Part shown: positions 41,106-52,371 of the stretch, one piece after another | Layout: every line of letters begins with the position of its first letter | How positions within the stretch are numbered: position 1 is the first letter of the stretch | Assembly: GCA_965205265.1 (NCBI GenBank) | Contig: CBDBGH010000003.1 | Span: 3,488,001 to 3,552,000, forward strand | Origin: Alphaproteobacteria bacterium | GTDB taxonomy: Bacteria > Pseudomonadota > Alphaproteobacteria > Bin95 | DNA length: 64,000 bases | Direction: 5' to 3' | The notes under the pieces: model-generated | The model's input: the letters and a program-made list of their open reading frames with translations, nothing else | The model's database searches: none | What the model was told of the DNA's origin: nothing | Translations under genes and position numbers: made by a program

Positions 41106-41763
41106 CCGGCGCGATCGAGTGCCGCGACGACGGGCGCGACTTCACCGTTGAAGAGATGGCGCTGCTGCGCGCCCTGATCGCAGCCGATCCGCAGCCCACC
41201 CGCGCCGCCCTGTCGAGGGAGTTCTGCCGGCGCATCGGCTGGCTCAAGCCCGACGGCGGCCTCAAGGACATGATGGCCAAGGTGACCATGCTCGTCATGC
41301 ACCGCGACGGCGTGATCGAACTGCCGCCGCCAAGGGGCAAGCAGGGCCGACCCAGGCCCATCGTCTTCGGACCCGATACCGAGCCGCCGCTGTTCCCTGC
41401 CCCGAAGACCCTCGACGAGGTGCGCCCGCTCGACATGCGCATCGTCGTGCGCAACATCCGCGAAGGAAAACTCTGGAACGAGTTCGTCGCCCGCGACCAC
41501 GATCTCGGCTACAAGCCCCTGGTCGGCGCCCAGATGCGCTACGCCGTCCATGACCGAAACGGCTCGCCGCTCGCCATGCTCGGCTTCTCCACCGCCGCAT
41601 GGAAACTCGCCCCGCGCGACAACTTCATCGGATGGACGCCCGAGACGCGCGAGAAGAACCTGCCGATGGTGGTCGACAGTAAGCGATGCGGCAGGGGCAC
41701 CTTCCGCTCGGTCTCGGGATTTGAGACTCCGCTACGTTCGGGAGGACGTAGAGGAGTTTCTCC

Positions 41764-42153
41764 ATGGAGCGCACTGCGGAGTTTCTCAGCCCGGTCGAGG
41801 TGATCGGTGGAGTGAAGGGTCGCCGTCGCTGGCCGGAAGAGTTGAAGGCGCGGATTGTAGCGGAGACGCTTGAGCCTGGCGCGAGGGTGGCCTCGGTAGC
41901 ACGGCGTTACGATCTTCGCCCAAGCCATCTGTCGGACTGGCGTCGCAAGGCGCGGGAGGGTCGCCTGGTTTTGCCTGCAGCGGACGAGGCAGTGGAGTTT
42001 GCGCCGCTGGTGGTCCGGGCTGAAGGGCACGGCGCCGAGGCGAACGGTGGGTGTCTGGAAGTGGTTCTGGACCGGGTTACGGTCCGTCTGGATGCGGCGG
42101 TGCCGGCGGGCCGGCTGGCGGAGATCGTGTCTGCGCTGAATGCGCTGTCATGA
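41764..42153 (+). CDS. tnpA: IS66 TnpA
   Basis: RRRWPEELKARIVAE...VASVARRY HTH. Confidence 0.9.
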   Translation: MERTAEFLSPVEVIGGVKGRRRWPEELKARIVAETLEPGARVASVARRYDLRPSHLSDWRRKAREGRLVLPAADEAVEFAPLVVRAEGHGAEANGGCLEVVLDRVTVRLDAAVPAGRLAEIVSALNALS

Positions 42154-42503
42154 TCTTCCCGTCGAACCGGGTGCGGATCGTTGTCGCAACGAAGCCCGTC
42201 GACTTCCGCCGCCAGCACGACGGCCTTGTCGCGCATGTGAAGGGCGCGCTGCGGCGGGACCCGTTCACCGGCACGGTATACGTCTTTCGATCGAGGCGAG
42301 CTGACAGGCTGAAGCTGGTCTTCTGGGACGGGACCGGGCTGGTGCTGATCTACAAGCGTCTGGAGGACCAGGGCTTTGTATGGCCGGCGATCCGCGACGG
42401 GGTGATGTCGCTGAGCCATGCGCAGTTCGAGGCCTTGTTCGCGGGCCTGGACTGGCGTCGCGTGCGGGCGCTGTCGGCGCGGCGCCCGGCTGAGGCGGAG
42501 TGA
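42150..42503 (+). CDS. tnpB: IS66 TnpB accessory protein
   Basis: PVDFR..DGL, VFRSRRADRLKLVFWDGTG, KRLE. Confidence 0.93.
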   Translation: MIFPSNRVRIVVATKPVDFRRQHDGLVAHVKGALRRDPFTGTVYVFRSRRADRLKLVFWDGTGLVLIYKRLEDQGFVWPAIRDGVMSLSHAQFEALFAGLDWRRVRALSARRPAEAE

Positions 42504-42558
42504 CTCAGCCGGTGGATCGGGGCGTCCGGCTCCGCGACACTGTGCTACCAAGCGAGCC

Positions 42559-44160
42559 ATGGCTGCGCTTGCGGAGATCGACCTTGAAACGCTGACACCC
42601 GAACAGCGGGAAGCGGCGGTGCAGGCGATCATGGCGCTGGAGACGCTTCGCACCGAGAACGAGGTGTTGACGGACCGCAATGAGGCGCAGTCCGAGCGCA
42701 TCCGCCGTCTCGAACACCTGGTGCGCGAGCTGCAGCGCGTTATCTACGGGAAAAGGTCGGAGAAGCTGACGGCGGACGAGCGCCAGCTGGCGTTCGAGGA
42801 CCTTGTTGCGGCGGCGGAAGAGATCGAGGAAGCGATCACGCCGGCCGATCCGGCGCCGGCCCAATCGCCGAAGCGTCCTCGCCCGGCGCGCAATCTCGGC
42901 CATTTGCCGGACCACCTGGAGCGGATCGAGCAGGTGATCGAGCCGGAGAGCACGCTCTGCCCCTGCGGCTGCGGGGAAATGGCGAAGATCGGCGAGGATC
43001 GCACGGAGCGCCTGGACATCGTGCCGGCGCAGTTGCGGGTGATCGTCACGGTGCGCCCGAAATACGCCTGCCGCCGGTGTGAGGAAGGCGTGACCCAGGC
43101 GCCGGCGCCGGCCCGGCTGATCGAAGGGGCGCTGCCGACCGAAGGCGCTATCGCGCATGTGCTGGTCTCGAAATACGCCGATCATTGTCCGTTGCACCGT
43201 CAGACGCAGATCTATGCCCGCTCAGGCCTCGATCTGGACCGCTCGACGCTGGCCGGCTGGGTCGGCAAGGCCTCGTTCCACCTCAGGCCGGTGGTTGACC
43301 GCCTGGCACGGCACCTGAAACGGTCGTCCAAGCTCTTCATGGATGAGACGCGGGCGCCGGTGCTCGATCCGGGCCGCGGCAGGACGAAGACCGGCTGGTT
43401 ATGGGCGCTGGCCCGCGACGACCGTTCCTGGGGCGGGCCCGATCCACCGGGCGTCGTCTACTTCTACGCCCCCGGGCGCGGCGGCGAACATGCGGAGCGC
43501 TTCCTTGATGGCTTCGACGGCATCCTGCAGGTCGATGGCTATGCCGGCTACAGCCGGCTGGCCGGACCGAGCCGCAAGGGCGGCGCGCCGCTGCGGCTGG
43601 CCTACTGTTGGGCCCATTGTCGGCGCCGGCTTCGCGAAATCCACGACAGCAGCGGCTCGGAAATCGCAGCCGAGGGCTTACGCCGGATCGCCGAACTCTA
43701 CGCCATCGAGGCCGATATACGCGGCAGCCCGCCGGAGCTGCGCCTCGCCGAACGGCAAACGCGCTCCGCGCCCCTGGTCGAGGCCTTCGGCGAATGGCTG
43801 ACGCAGCAGCGCGTCCGCGTCTCGCCCAAGTCCCGGCTCGGCGAAAAGCTCGCCTATATCGCCCGTCATTGGGACGGCCTCCGGATCTTCCTCGACGACG
43901 GCCGCGTCGAAATGGATAGCAATGCCGTCGAAAACAGCCTGCGGCCCGTGGTCCTTACACGGAAAAACGCCTTGTTCGCCGGTCACGACGACGGCGCCGC
44001 CGCCTGGGGACGCATAGCATCCCTCATCCAGACGGCGAAGTTGAACGAGGTCGAGCCACACGCCTGGCTCAAGGCCACACTCGAAGCCATCGCAGCCGGT
44101 CATCCCAATGACCGCCTCGATGAACTGCTTCCCTGGAACTTCAAGCCGTCGTCAAGCTGA
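42559..44160 (+). CDS. tnpC: IS66 transposase TnpC
   Basis: YGKRSEK, CPCGC zinc finger, FMDET, QVDGY, DSNAVEN. Confidence 0.94.
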   Translation: MAALAEIDLETLTPEQREAAVQAIMALETLRTENEVLTDRNEAQSERIRRLEHLVRELQRVIYGKRSEKLTADERQLAFEDLVAAAEEIEEAITPADPAPAQSPKRPRPARNLGHLPDHLERIEQVIEPESTLCPCGCGEMAKIGEDRTERLDIVPAQLRVIVTVRPKYACRRCEEGVTQAPAPARLIEGALPTEGAIAHVLVSKYADHCPLHRQTQIYARSGLDLDRSTLAGWVGKASFHLRPVVDRLARHLKRSSKLFMDETRAPVLDPGRGRTKTGWLWALARDDRSWGGPDPPGVVYFYAPGRGGEHAERFLDGFDGILQVDGYAGYSRLAGPSRKGGAPLRLAYCWAHCRRRLREIHDSSGSEIAAEGLRRIAELYAIEADIRGSPPELRLAERQTRSAPLVEAFGEWLTQQRVRVSPKSRLGEKLAYIARHWDGLRIFLDDGRVEMDSNAVENSLRPVVLTRKNALFAGHDDGAAAWGRIASLIQTAKLNEVEPHAWLKATLEAIAAGHPNDRLDELLPWNFKPSSS

Positions 44161-44836
44161 AAGCCGGCTGCCTCGCCCGCACCGCATACGGTCGACAACC
44201 CGCGCTTCCTGATATTGCCATGGATCGCGGTCCCCAACCTCGGCTCGCACATCCTCGCCATCGTGCGACGACGCCTGCCCATCGACTGGACCGAGCGCTA
44301 CAACATCACCCCCGTGCTCATCGAGACCTTCGTCGAAACCCCGCGCGACACCGGCGCCGTCTACAACGCGTCGGGCTGGACCCGCGTCGGCGCCACACAA
44401 GGAAGAGGACGCTAAGACCGCAACAAGCTCTGCGACAAACCCAGAAAAGACATCTGGCTCCGGCCCCTCCGGCGCAATTGGCAGCGAACCCTCAATCGCT
44501 GATCAGTGTCGCGTTCCACGGCTTGCCCGAAGGCTTACGGATGGCATACGACAGACCTGCGCACGGCTTGGAAACAAAACGGTACCGATACGGTACCTGT
44601 AAAATTCCTTGCGGTTTGCCGGCAAAGAGAAAGCCCTCTATCCTGTTGAAATAGCGGGCTATTTTGGTTGCGGGGGCACGCTACCACCGAGACCGACATT
44701 TGATCGAGGTTCCGGTTTGACCAGCGATAACTCTCTGATTTACTGGAAGATCGTATGCCGTAGCAGCATTCAGCTCAATCAGGCGTTCTGACGCTACGCT
44801 GGCTTGGCCGAGCTCTACTGTCTGTAGGTCAAACGA

Positions 44837-45630
44837 TCAGCCCCCCTTTCTGGCCATTCTTCTTAGCCATTCCGACTCGTCGATCGCCACGCGACTCAGC
44901 GTTGTGGCCAAGGTTTGAGCAATCCGTTGAGCGTACTCGGCCTTGAGTTCACCTCGCCACCTGTACTGCTTGTCACAGATACCCGTGAACTCGAATCCGC
45001 CATCTGGGTCCCGCTTTGTTGCGGTTACGGTACCGCTTCCCACCGATGGCTTGAATTTTCGAAGAACCCATCCGCCTGGGTCACGTTCGATACCCAGTCG
45101 CTCATATGCGTCATCAACGCTTACGACGATTTGTTCCATTCCTGCGGCTGGATCTACCAGAGGCAGGAAAAAGAACACTGTCTCCTCATCCAACCTCACG
45201 CAATCGCATCAAGGCCTCATGCAGATCAGATGCTGTTCACTGTCCGCTTGAAATGCCGTAACAACGGTGCCCAGCCACAACGTCGGCGGCGGCGCGTTGT
45301 ACACCGTCCGAAAGCTCATAGTCCAAGCCAACTGTGCGTCAAGGCCGACGCCATTTTGGCCGGAGAAACCGGCGGAGAGACCTTCGTAGGCGCTATTTCT
45401 CAACACACTCGCTGCCAGACCCTTGTTCGCCAAAGTAATGGTCTGCTCCAGATCGAGGTTTCTGTCGCCGAACGCGAATGTCACGGCTCCATCGCCTTTG
45501 CGTCGTATCCAACTCTCGACTGCTTCAGCGCCTGCAGGAGATGCTTCCGCAACAGAGTTGTACATCAGTCCTCTAAGCTCTTCGGCCACATGGTTTACGA
45601 TCTGCCGTTCCGCATCTTGGGGATCGGATA
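44837..45630 (-). pseudogene. C-terminal remnant of a lower-GC gene resembling the receiver-like proteins of HATPase/methylase defence loci; in-frame TGA at 45209
   Basis: The two ORFs are in one frame (LICMRP*CDCVRL); tail YRWRGELKAEYAQRIA..LSRVAIDESEWLRR; family assignment from memory. Confidence 0.5.
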
Positions 45631-45644
45631 GACATGCTCTGTGG

Positions 45645-47294
45645 GGGAGTGAGTCTCATATGGCGGGACGTTTTGTCGTGCTGAGTTGAGCTTTTTCAGG
45701 CCGCGAGGCCGTTTTGGCAGCCTATGCGGCTGTGGTTGTCATTTGCGGCGGGTGTGCTGTGCGCAGCGGTGAACATGGCCTCCCAGGCGCTTTCGAAGCG
45801 TCCGGACTTTATGAGGGCGCGGAAGGTGAGGACGGCCTGGCCGCCGCGGATGCGCCCTCGCATGCCGGATCGCTTCATGCGCTGTGTGATGAGCATTTTG
45901 TTTGCGGCTTCGACAACGCCGGACCCGATGGCGAGGCGCTTTTCCTTCAGCGCGTGGTAGCGCATGCGTTTTCGGTTTTTGCGGAAGAAGGCGAGTTCGC
46001 GCTGGACCTCGGCCTTGCCCGCTCGGTGGGCGGTGTCGTGCAGGTAGCGCAAGGCGCGGATGACCTTCTCCACCCCGTCGGGATCGTGGCGGAGGATGTC
46101 GCGATATGTCTCGAACCACCGGGGGTTGCGCGCGTGGTCGGACGCGGCTGCGAGATGTTGGCACGGGTGCCAATAGTCGACGGCCTGCTCGGTAGGCGAG
46201 AGGCTTTCTAGGAAGGTCCAGTTGTCGGGGGCGCCGTCGGCAAGCGCGATGATCGCAATGTCGGGACGGGAAGCCTGTATGTGGGCGACCTCGGCCCGGA
46301 GCCGGGCTTTCAAGCCGACCTTTCCGCTTTCCGGCATGCGGCCCAGCCAGGTCGTGCGCAGCCGCTTGCCGTCGCTGTCGTGGAAGGAGACCGTGCCGCA
46401 GGACGCCTCGCGCCAGCAGGCATCGGCGCGTCCGTCCTCGCCGGCCCGCAGCGGCACCATGATGCCGTCGAGCGAGACCGCCGCCGCCGGTATGCCCTCC
46501 GCAACCCGGATCTCCTCAAGCGCCGCTTCGCCGACCGTCTCCCAGCGCTCATGCGCCGCCCCGACCAGACGCTGAAGCGTGCTCGCCGACGGCGTCATGA
46601 TGCCGACCTTGCCGAAGAAGGCTTCCGCTTCCCGGGCCGTACAATGGCCCATCAGCCACACGCCGAGATGCGCCGCCCTCCGGGTCAGGCTGCCGTTCAC
46701 CAGCCCCAAGCTCTCGTCCACCGGCACGATCAAGGCCGACACGCCGTCGCGACGGTAACGCGGGCGCCGATACTCCACCGCGCCCACAGACGTCATCACC
46801 GTCCGGGCGGTCTCCTCCACCCGATACCAGACATGCCCGTCCCGCTCCAGGCGCCGCGCCCCGTCATCCCGGCTCTCGATCACCCCGCGCAGCACAAGGC
46901 AGCAGACATCCTTCATCGCAGCCAGCGCATCACACTCCGCCGCTTCCAGGGCCTCGGGGCCTTCACCGCCGCCGACATGATCCTCGAACAGCCCCAATAC
47001 CCGCTTCACCGCCGCCGCTGCGGCCTCCGGCAGTTCCGAAAGAATGATGGACGAAGACAGGCAAGGCTGGGACACTGGCATGGGGACGCTCCCGATGGGA
47101 CTTTCAGCGGTTGAACATCACTCCGCTTCCGGCGGAGCGGAGCGTTCCCGCCTTACCCCATCATCTCCCCCGCCGCGCAGCAAAATCCCCGCCCTCAGAC
47201 GAAGATTGTCACCAAATCCACAAATCCGCCGCAACCGCAAAGACTAAATCGTTGAAATCACGCACTTCCTATCCGACATCCGAGAACTGCACCC
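45645..47294 (-). mobile_element. ISKra4-like element, transposase 45696..47081
   Basis: SLDG, ADGAPDNW, DYWH, IGSGVVEAANK..RMKRSGMR; imperfect GGG-start IRs; no TSD seen. Confidence 0.8.
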
Positions 47295-47295
47295 A

Positions 47296-47410
47296 AGGTG
47301 GGAGCCTTGGATTGGGGGGTGTTATGGGAGCTGCGCTTCCATTGCGTGAAGATTTCGATGCGGATGATCTGCGTCGTGTTGCGAAGTGGAGCCGGGACGG
47401 GTCGCAGAGC
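47296..47410 (+). pseudogene. IS630 5' fragment
   Basis: MGAALPLREDFDADDLRR..SRD resembles the orfA start of the 52891 element. Confidence 0.6.
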
Positions 47411-47439
47411 CATCATGCCTTCCACGACCCCATCCGATC

Positions 47440-48095
47440 GCGAAAACCTCCATGACCCGTCTCCCCAGCAAACGCCCTGCCTGTCGAACCCCTGCCGCAA
47501 CAAGGCGGCGGTTCACCTCGCGAAGCAGATCGTGGCGCGCGCCGGGCGGCGCGATGAACGCACACCCCTTCTCGCGCCCGGCATCATGCACGCCGACAAC
47601 ATGGAAACGGTCCAGCCAGTCCCGGACCGACCGCGCCGAGGGAAAGCACCGCTCACGTCCGCCTCGGAACCGACGCGCGATCGAACCCCGCGAGACACCG
47701 AACAGACGCGGCTCGAAGCGGCGCACCAGCGCGCAAAGCCCACGGTCCGCCTCCAGACGGTCAATGTCCGACACACGGTCGAACCCGGCCACGTTCAGAA
47801 GCAGAACCGCCAGCATCATCTGACCGTCGCTCCAGCCCTGCGACCGGCCGCCTCCCGCCTCCGGCAGAGCCGCCAGAACCCGCCTCGAAGCCAGCAACTC
47901 CAGAAGCACCACAACACCGCCCAGCGCCGTCGAAGCCGGCCCGGCAACCGCAACTTCAAGCTTGACCGGCGAACGATAACGCGGAACCGTTTTCTTCACC
48001 CGGTTGGTGACGCCCAAAGCGGCGGGTTGTTGGCACAACCCATTGTAAAAAAGGCCCAGCCAGGGCCTCAATCCTTTTCTGTTCGCCGATCTGGG
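47440..48095 (-). pseudogene. IS1380-like transposase N-terminal fragment
   Basis: TALGG...QGWSDGQM..LLLNVAGFDRVSDIDRLEAD...FPSARS pattern. Confidence 0.6.
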
Positions 48096-48169
48096 CAAAC
48101 TGTGCAGGCTTGCCCTCTGACGCAAACAGACAAGCGGACAAGGCCGGACAGACATGATAGGGTCCTTCC

Positions 48170-48532
48170 ATGCTTGAGCAGATCGCCCCCTGGATCACCC
48201 TGGCCATCGTCCTGGTCGTCTTCGCTTGGCTGTTGAAGGACAACCGCGATCTGCGCCGCGACATGGGCGAAGACCAGAGCGGTCTGCGCCGGGGCCTGAC
48301 CGCCCGCTTGGACGGGCTGGATGAGCGGATCCAGGCGGCCGAGACCGGTCTGGCGGAGTTACGGGGGCGCCCAGACGGCATGGACAGCCAGTTCGCATTT
48401 CTTCGCGACACATCACCGGCGAGAACGTCCGCGGGCGCAGGCCTACGGAGGCCGGTGCGGACGAGTGACCTCCTGCCGGTGCCGGGATGCCCGGCTTTCC
48501 TGCCGCGGCCCTGGGGTCGAGTCTTTGCGTGA
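48170..48532 (+). CDS. Small membrane-anchored coiled-coil protein (3' end possibly frameshifted)
   Basis: N-terminal hydrophobic helix WITLAIVLVVFAWLL followed by heptad repeats. Confidence 0.5.
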   Translation: MLEQIAPWITLAIVLVVFAWLLKDNRDLRRDMGEDQSGLRRGLTARLDGLDERIQAAETGLAELRGRPDGMDSQFAFLRDTSPARTSAGAGLRRPVRTSDLLPVPGCPAFLPRPWGRVFA

Positions 48533-48847
48533 GGCGCGGCAGGGCAAAGCTCGCGACAGCTGTCGCTCTAACCGGCCGTCCCGGGGGGCGAACGCGGGCT
48601 CGTCGGCGGGACAGCTTCACGGCAGCATACTGCCGCTTGCAGCGATCACGCCGGGTTCCACCGGCGTCGTGACAACATTGGCCGCTCGCATTCTACAGCG
48701 TGCCGGCGCTCGAATCGCGCCACAGTAGATGACGCGGGCAAACAGGCCGGTCCGCGATCGGAGCGCAGGCGCGCGGGCGGCAGGGATCGAAGGAGACGCT
48801 CGCCTTGACCTCCTGCCGCCCTGTGGAGTTCGGAACCGGCCGCCGCT

Positions 48848-51800
48848 TTGCGTGCGCACCGGGCAGCCGGCAGGCATACGCTACGTCTTGCGGGGCGGCC
48901 GCCATTGTTCGATAGGCAGGACGTCCGCCGCGCCATCGGCGAGCCCGCCTTCTCGCGGGGGCTGGATTATTTCCTGCGCGGCATGGTGCGCTCGCTTGAG
49001 TCCGACGGGCCCACGCGGCTTCGCGGGTGGGTGTCCGGCAGCCGGGCGGCGGACTATTCGGTCTCGGCGATCCTGTCCTTGCGGGACAACGGCCGACCGC
49101 CCCGGGTGGAAGGCTGCTGCTCCTGTCCGGTGGGCCACAACTGCAAGCATGTCGTCGCCCTGCTTCTGGCTGCATGCGAAGGCCGGCAGTCCCGGTCGGG
49201 CGCGCCGGACCGGGCGCCTCCCTTGCCGCAGGACGTCCGGCGCTGGCTCGACCTCTGGCCGGGACGGAGCGGCAAGGCGGCGAAGGTCCGGGCGCCGGGC
49301 CCGCCCTTGCCGGGGCAGGATCATCTGTTCTATGTCATCCGCCGCGACGCGATGCGCGGCATGTGCATCGATCCTTACCGGGCCTATCTGAAGAAGGACG
49401 GCAGGATCGGCAGCAATTTCCGGCCCTTCGACCGGCGCTCGACATGGGCGCGGGAGAACCTGACCGTGCAGGACGCCGGGCTTCTCGGCAAGCTCGCCTT
49501 CTTTTCCGGAGACGGCTACGAGCCCCGCCATGACTGGCCGGAGGGCGATGTGCTGGTGGGTCTGGTGCGCGAGATCGTCGAGACGGGCCGCGCGCGCCTC
49601 GGCGCCATCCACGGCATGGCGCTTCTATGGGGACGGCCGCGGGCGGTGGAGTTCTTCTGGGAGTTGGACGAGGCGGGCGCGCAGCGACTTGAGGCGCGCG
49701 ACGCCGCCGGAGCCGCCGTAACGCTGCTGCCGTTCCCGGCGCCGTTTTTCGTGGATGCCGAAACCGGCGAGACGGGTGCCGCCGAGACAACGCTTCCACC
49801 GGACATGGCCGCCTGGTTCGCGACCGCGCCGCCGGTGCCGCGCGAGGCGGTCGATGCGGTTGACTCGAAGCTGTCGCGGGTGGACCAGCGCGCACCGGTT
49901 CCCCGGCTGCACCGGGTGGAGGAGCGCATCGATGTGGTGCCCGAGCCTGTGCTGGTTCTCTACGCCCGCGAGCGCAATCTCACCCGGTGGGAAGCGGGCG
50001 AATACGGCGCGGAGCCCGGCAGGGACCTATCGGCGGTCTGGCCGTTCGCGCGCCTGGAAATCGCCTATGCGGGTGTTGAACGGCGGATCCGGCCGGGCGA
50101 GAGCGGCGATCTCAGGCTTCCAGGCGAAGGTGCGGCCGTCATCCGGCGCGACCACGCACGAGAAGCTGCATACCAGCAGCGTCTCGGTGAGATTGCCGGC
50201 CGGTTTCGCTACGACATACGTCAATTGCGATATGCGGAGCACGATCCGCCGAGCGAAGTCTATGACGCGGATGTGGTCTTCCCGCCCCTGAGAAAATCGG
50301 ACGGGAATGACGGCTCCACATCGGGTCTTTCCTTCCAGGTGCAGGCAGTGCCCGCGCTGCGCTCCCAAGGCTGGCGCGTCGAGATCGACCGCACATGGCC
50401 GTTTCGCCTGCACGAGGGGCCGGTAGGGTTCTCGACGTCGCTGGAGGACACGGAGAACGACTGGTTCTCGCTTCGCCTTTTCATGGAAGCGAACGGGCAA
50501 AGCTTCGACATTGCGCCGATCGTCCAGCAGATCGTCGCGGAACTCCCCGTCGACGAATGGGGACAGCTGGTGGCGGGTTTCGACACGGACAAGCATCTTT
50601 CGGGTCGTACCTTCCATGCGCGGCTCGAGGACGGAAGCTTTCTTGCGCTCGACGGTTCGCGCTTTGCGCGCTTCGCCGAGGCGTTCCTGGAGGCGCAGGG
50701 ACTGCTCGGCTTCCATCGCGCCGAAGCGGGCCGCCTGTCCGCGCTTGCCGAGGCGCTGGAGGGCTGCGGCGCGCCCTGGACCGGAGGCCGCGCACTGCTC
50801 GAACTCGGTGCCCGCCTCAGATTGCTTGCCAAGGCGCCGGACATGGCGGCGCCCGCGACGCTGCGGGGCGAATTGCGTCCCTACCAGCGCATGGGCTGGG
50901 CCTGGTTGAAGGCGCTTTCGGAAACCGGCTTCGGCGGCGTTCTGGCCGACGACATGGGTCTCGGCAAGACCGTGCAGGCACTGGCGCTGCTGGCCTGGCG
51001 TCATCTGGAGGCGAAGGTCGATCGCCCGAGCCTGCTGGTCGTGCCGACCAGCCTGGTCGGCAACTGGAAGCGGGAGGCTGCCCGTTTCGTTCCCGATCTG
51101 AAACTGCTGGTCCTGCACGGCCCCGACCGGCGGGCGCATTTTGCGGATATCGCCGGCGCGCATCTCGTCGTCACCACCTATCCGCTGCTCAACCGCGATG
51201 GCGCGGCGCTGCTCGGCCATCGCTACGACACTGCCATGCTCGACGAAGCGCACACGGTGAAGAACCCGGCCGCCGGCGTGGCGAAACGCATTCGGGAGAT
51301 CGACGCCCGGCACCGGCTGGCGCTGACCGGCACGCCGCTGGAGAACAATCTCCAGGAACTGTGGGCGCTCTATGACTGGCTGATCCCGGGCCTGCTCGGC
51401 AATCGCAAATCCTTCGCAAGGAGCTACCGCACGCCGATCGAGAAGAAAGGCGACCGCGCGAGGCAGCGCCTGCTGGCCGCCCGCATCGGGCCCTTCCTGA
51501 TGCGGCGCACAAAGGAAGAGGTCGCCCCGGAACTGCCGAAGAAGACGGTGATCGACGAGCTTGTCCCGTTCGAGGGCGCCCAGGCGGCGCTTTACGAGAG
51601 CATCCGCATGGCGATGGACAGGAAGGTCCGCGAGGCGATCGCGGCGCGGGGGCTTTCAGCCTCGCGCATCGCGATCCTCGATGCGCTGCTGAAACTGCGC
51701 CAGGTCTGCTGCGACCCACGCTTGGTCAAGCTCGACGCCGCGCGCAGGGTGACAGAGAGCGCCAAGCGGGTCAGGCTGCTCGCGCTGCTCGAAGAGCTGG

Positions 51801-52267
51801 TTGCGGAAAACCGCAGGGTGCTGGTCTTCTCCCAGTTCGTGGAAATGCTGAAGCTCATTGAGGCCGATGTCGCCGCGCGCGGCTGGGGCTACGCCATGCT
51901 GCATGGCGGCACGAGGGACCGGGACGGGCAGATCGCGGCGTTCCAGTCGGGGACGCTGCCGCTTTTTCTCGTCAGCCTGAAGGCGGGCGGCGCGGGCCTC
52001 AACCTCACCGCCGCCGACACGGTGATTGTCTATGACCCCTGGTGGAACCCGTCGGTGGAGCGCCAGGCGATGGATCGGGCGCACCGCATCGGGCAAGACA
52101 AGCCGGTGTTCGTGCATCGGCTGATCGCGGAGAACACCGTCGAGGCCGCCATCCAGGCAATGCAGGCGCGCAAGCAGGCGCTTGCCGACGCCCTGTTCGA
52201 GGGTGCAGGCGGGGGACCGCTGGCGCTCACCGAACAGGACATGGCGGCGCTGTTCGGGACCGGATGA
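48848..52267 (+). CDS. SWIM zinc finger-SNF2 family helicase (start uncertain)
   Basis: CSCPVGHNCKH; LADDMGLGKT, DEAH, LTGTPLEN, VFSQF, QAMDRAHRIGQ. Confidence 0.93.
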   Translation: MRAHRAAGRHTLRLAGRPPLFDRQDVRRAIGEPAFSRGLDYFLRGMVRSLESDGPTRLRGWVSGSRAADYSVSAILSLRDNGRPPRVEGCCSCPVGHNCKHVVALLLAACEGRQSRSGAPDRAPPLPQDVRRWLDLWPGRSGKAAKVRAPGPPLPGQDHLFYVIRRDAMRGMCIDPYRAYLKKDGRIGSNFRPFDRRSTWARENLTVQDAGLLGKLAFFSGDGYEPRHDWPEGDVLVGLVREIVETGRARLGAIHGMALLWGRPRAVEFFWELDEAGAQRLEARDAAGAAVTLLPFPAPFFVDAETGETGAAETTLPPDMAAWFATAPPVPREAVDAVDSKLSRVDQRAPVPRLHRVEERIDVVPEPVLVLYARERNLTRWEAGEYGAEPGRDLSAVWPFARLEIAYAGVERRIRPGESGDLRLPGEGAAVIRRDHAREAAYQQRLGEIAGRFRYDIRQLRYAEHDPPSEVYDADVVFPPLRKSDGNDGSTSGLSFQVQAVPALRSQGWRVEIDRTWPFRLHEGPVGFSTSLEDTENDWFSLRLFMEANGQSFDIAPIVQQIVAELPVDEWGQLVAGFDTDKHLSGRTFHARLEDGSFLALDGSRFARFAEAFLEAQGLLGFHRAEAGRLSALAEALEGCGAPWTGGRALLELGARLRLLAKAPDMAAPATLRGELRPYQRMGWAWLKALSETGFGGVLADDMGLGKTVQALALLAWRHLEAKVDRPSLLVVPTSLVGNWKREAARFVPDLKLLVLHGPDRRAHFADIAGAHLVVTTYPLLNRDGAALLGHRYDTAMLDEAHTVKNPAAGVAKRIREIDARHRLALTGTPLENNLQELWALYDWLIPGLLGNRKSFARSYRTPIEKKGDRARQRLLAARIGPFLMRRTKEEVAPELPKKTVIDELVPFEGAQAALYESIRMAMDRKVREAIAARGLSASRIAILDALLKLRQVCCDPRLVKLDAARRVTESAKRVRLLALLEELVAENRRVLVFSQFVEMLKLIEADVAARGWGYAMLHGGTRDRDGQIAAFQSGTLPLFLVSLKAGGAGLNLTAADTVIVYDPWWNPSVERQAMDRAHRIGQDKPVFVHRLIAENTVEAAIQAMQARKQALADALFEGAGGGPLALTEQDMAALFGTG

Positions 52268-52371
52268 CCGGGCATGGCGCTCTGAACGCACCCTGAAAGG
52301 GACAGCGGCTGGCGTGCGGATCGTTATTGGCGGTGTTGGTGGGCCTGTAGACGTGCGCTCACCGGATAATG

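Larger units (their letters stand above)
41679..44189 (+). mobile_element. Intact IS66-family element with 8-bp TSD GGTCGACA
   Basis: Ends GTAAGCG / CGCATAC; TSD at 41671..41678 and 44190..44197; tnpABC. Confidence 0.94.
41102..44502 (+). pseudogene. DUF4338 (DruA-like) gene interrupted by IS66 and carrying a premature TAA at 44413
   Basis: Halves rejoin as LPMVVDNPRFLILPW; followed by an IS66-type end GCTTAC at ~44538. Confidence 0.82.

Noticed and set aside
42150-42503. TnpB as an RNA-guided nuclease
   Set aside because: IS66 TnpB is a 117-aa accessory protein unrelated to IS200/IS605 RuvC TnpB.
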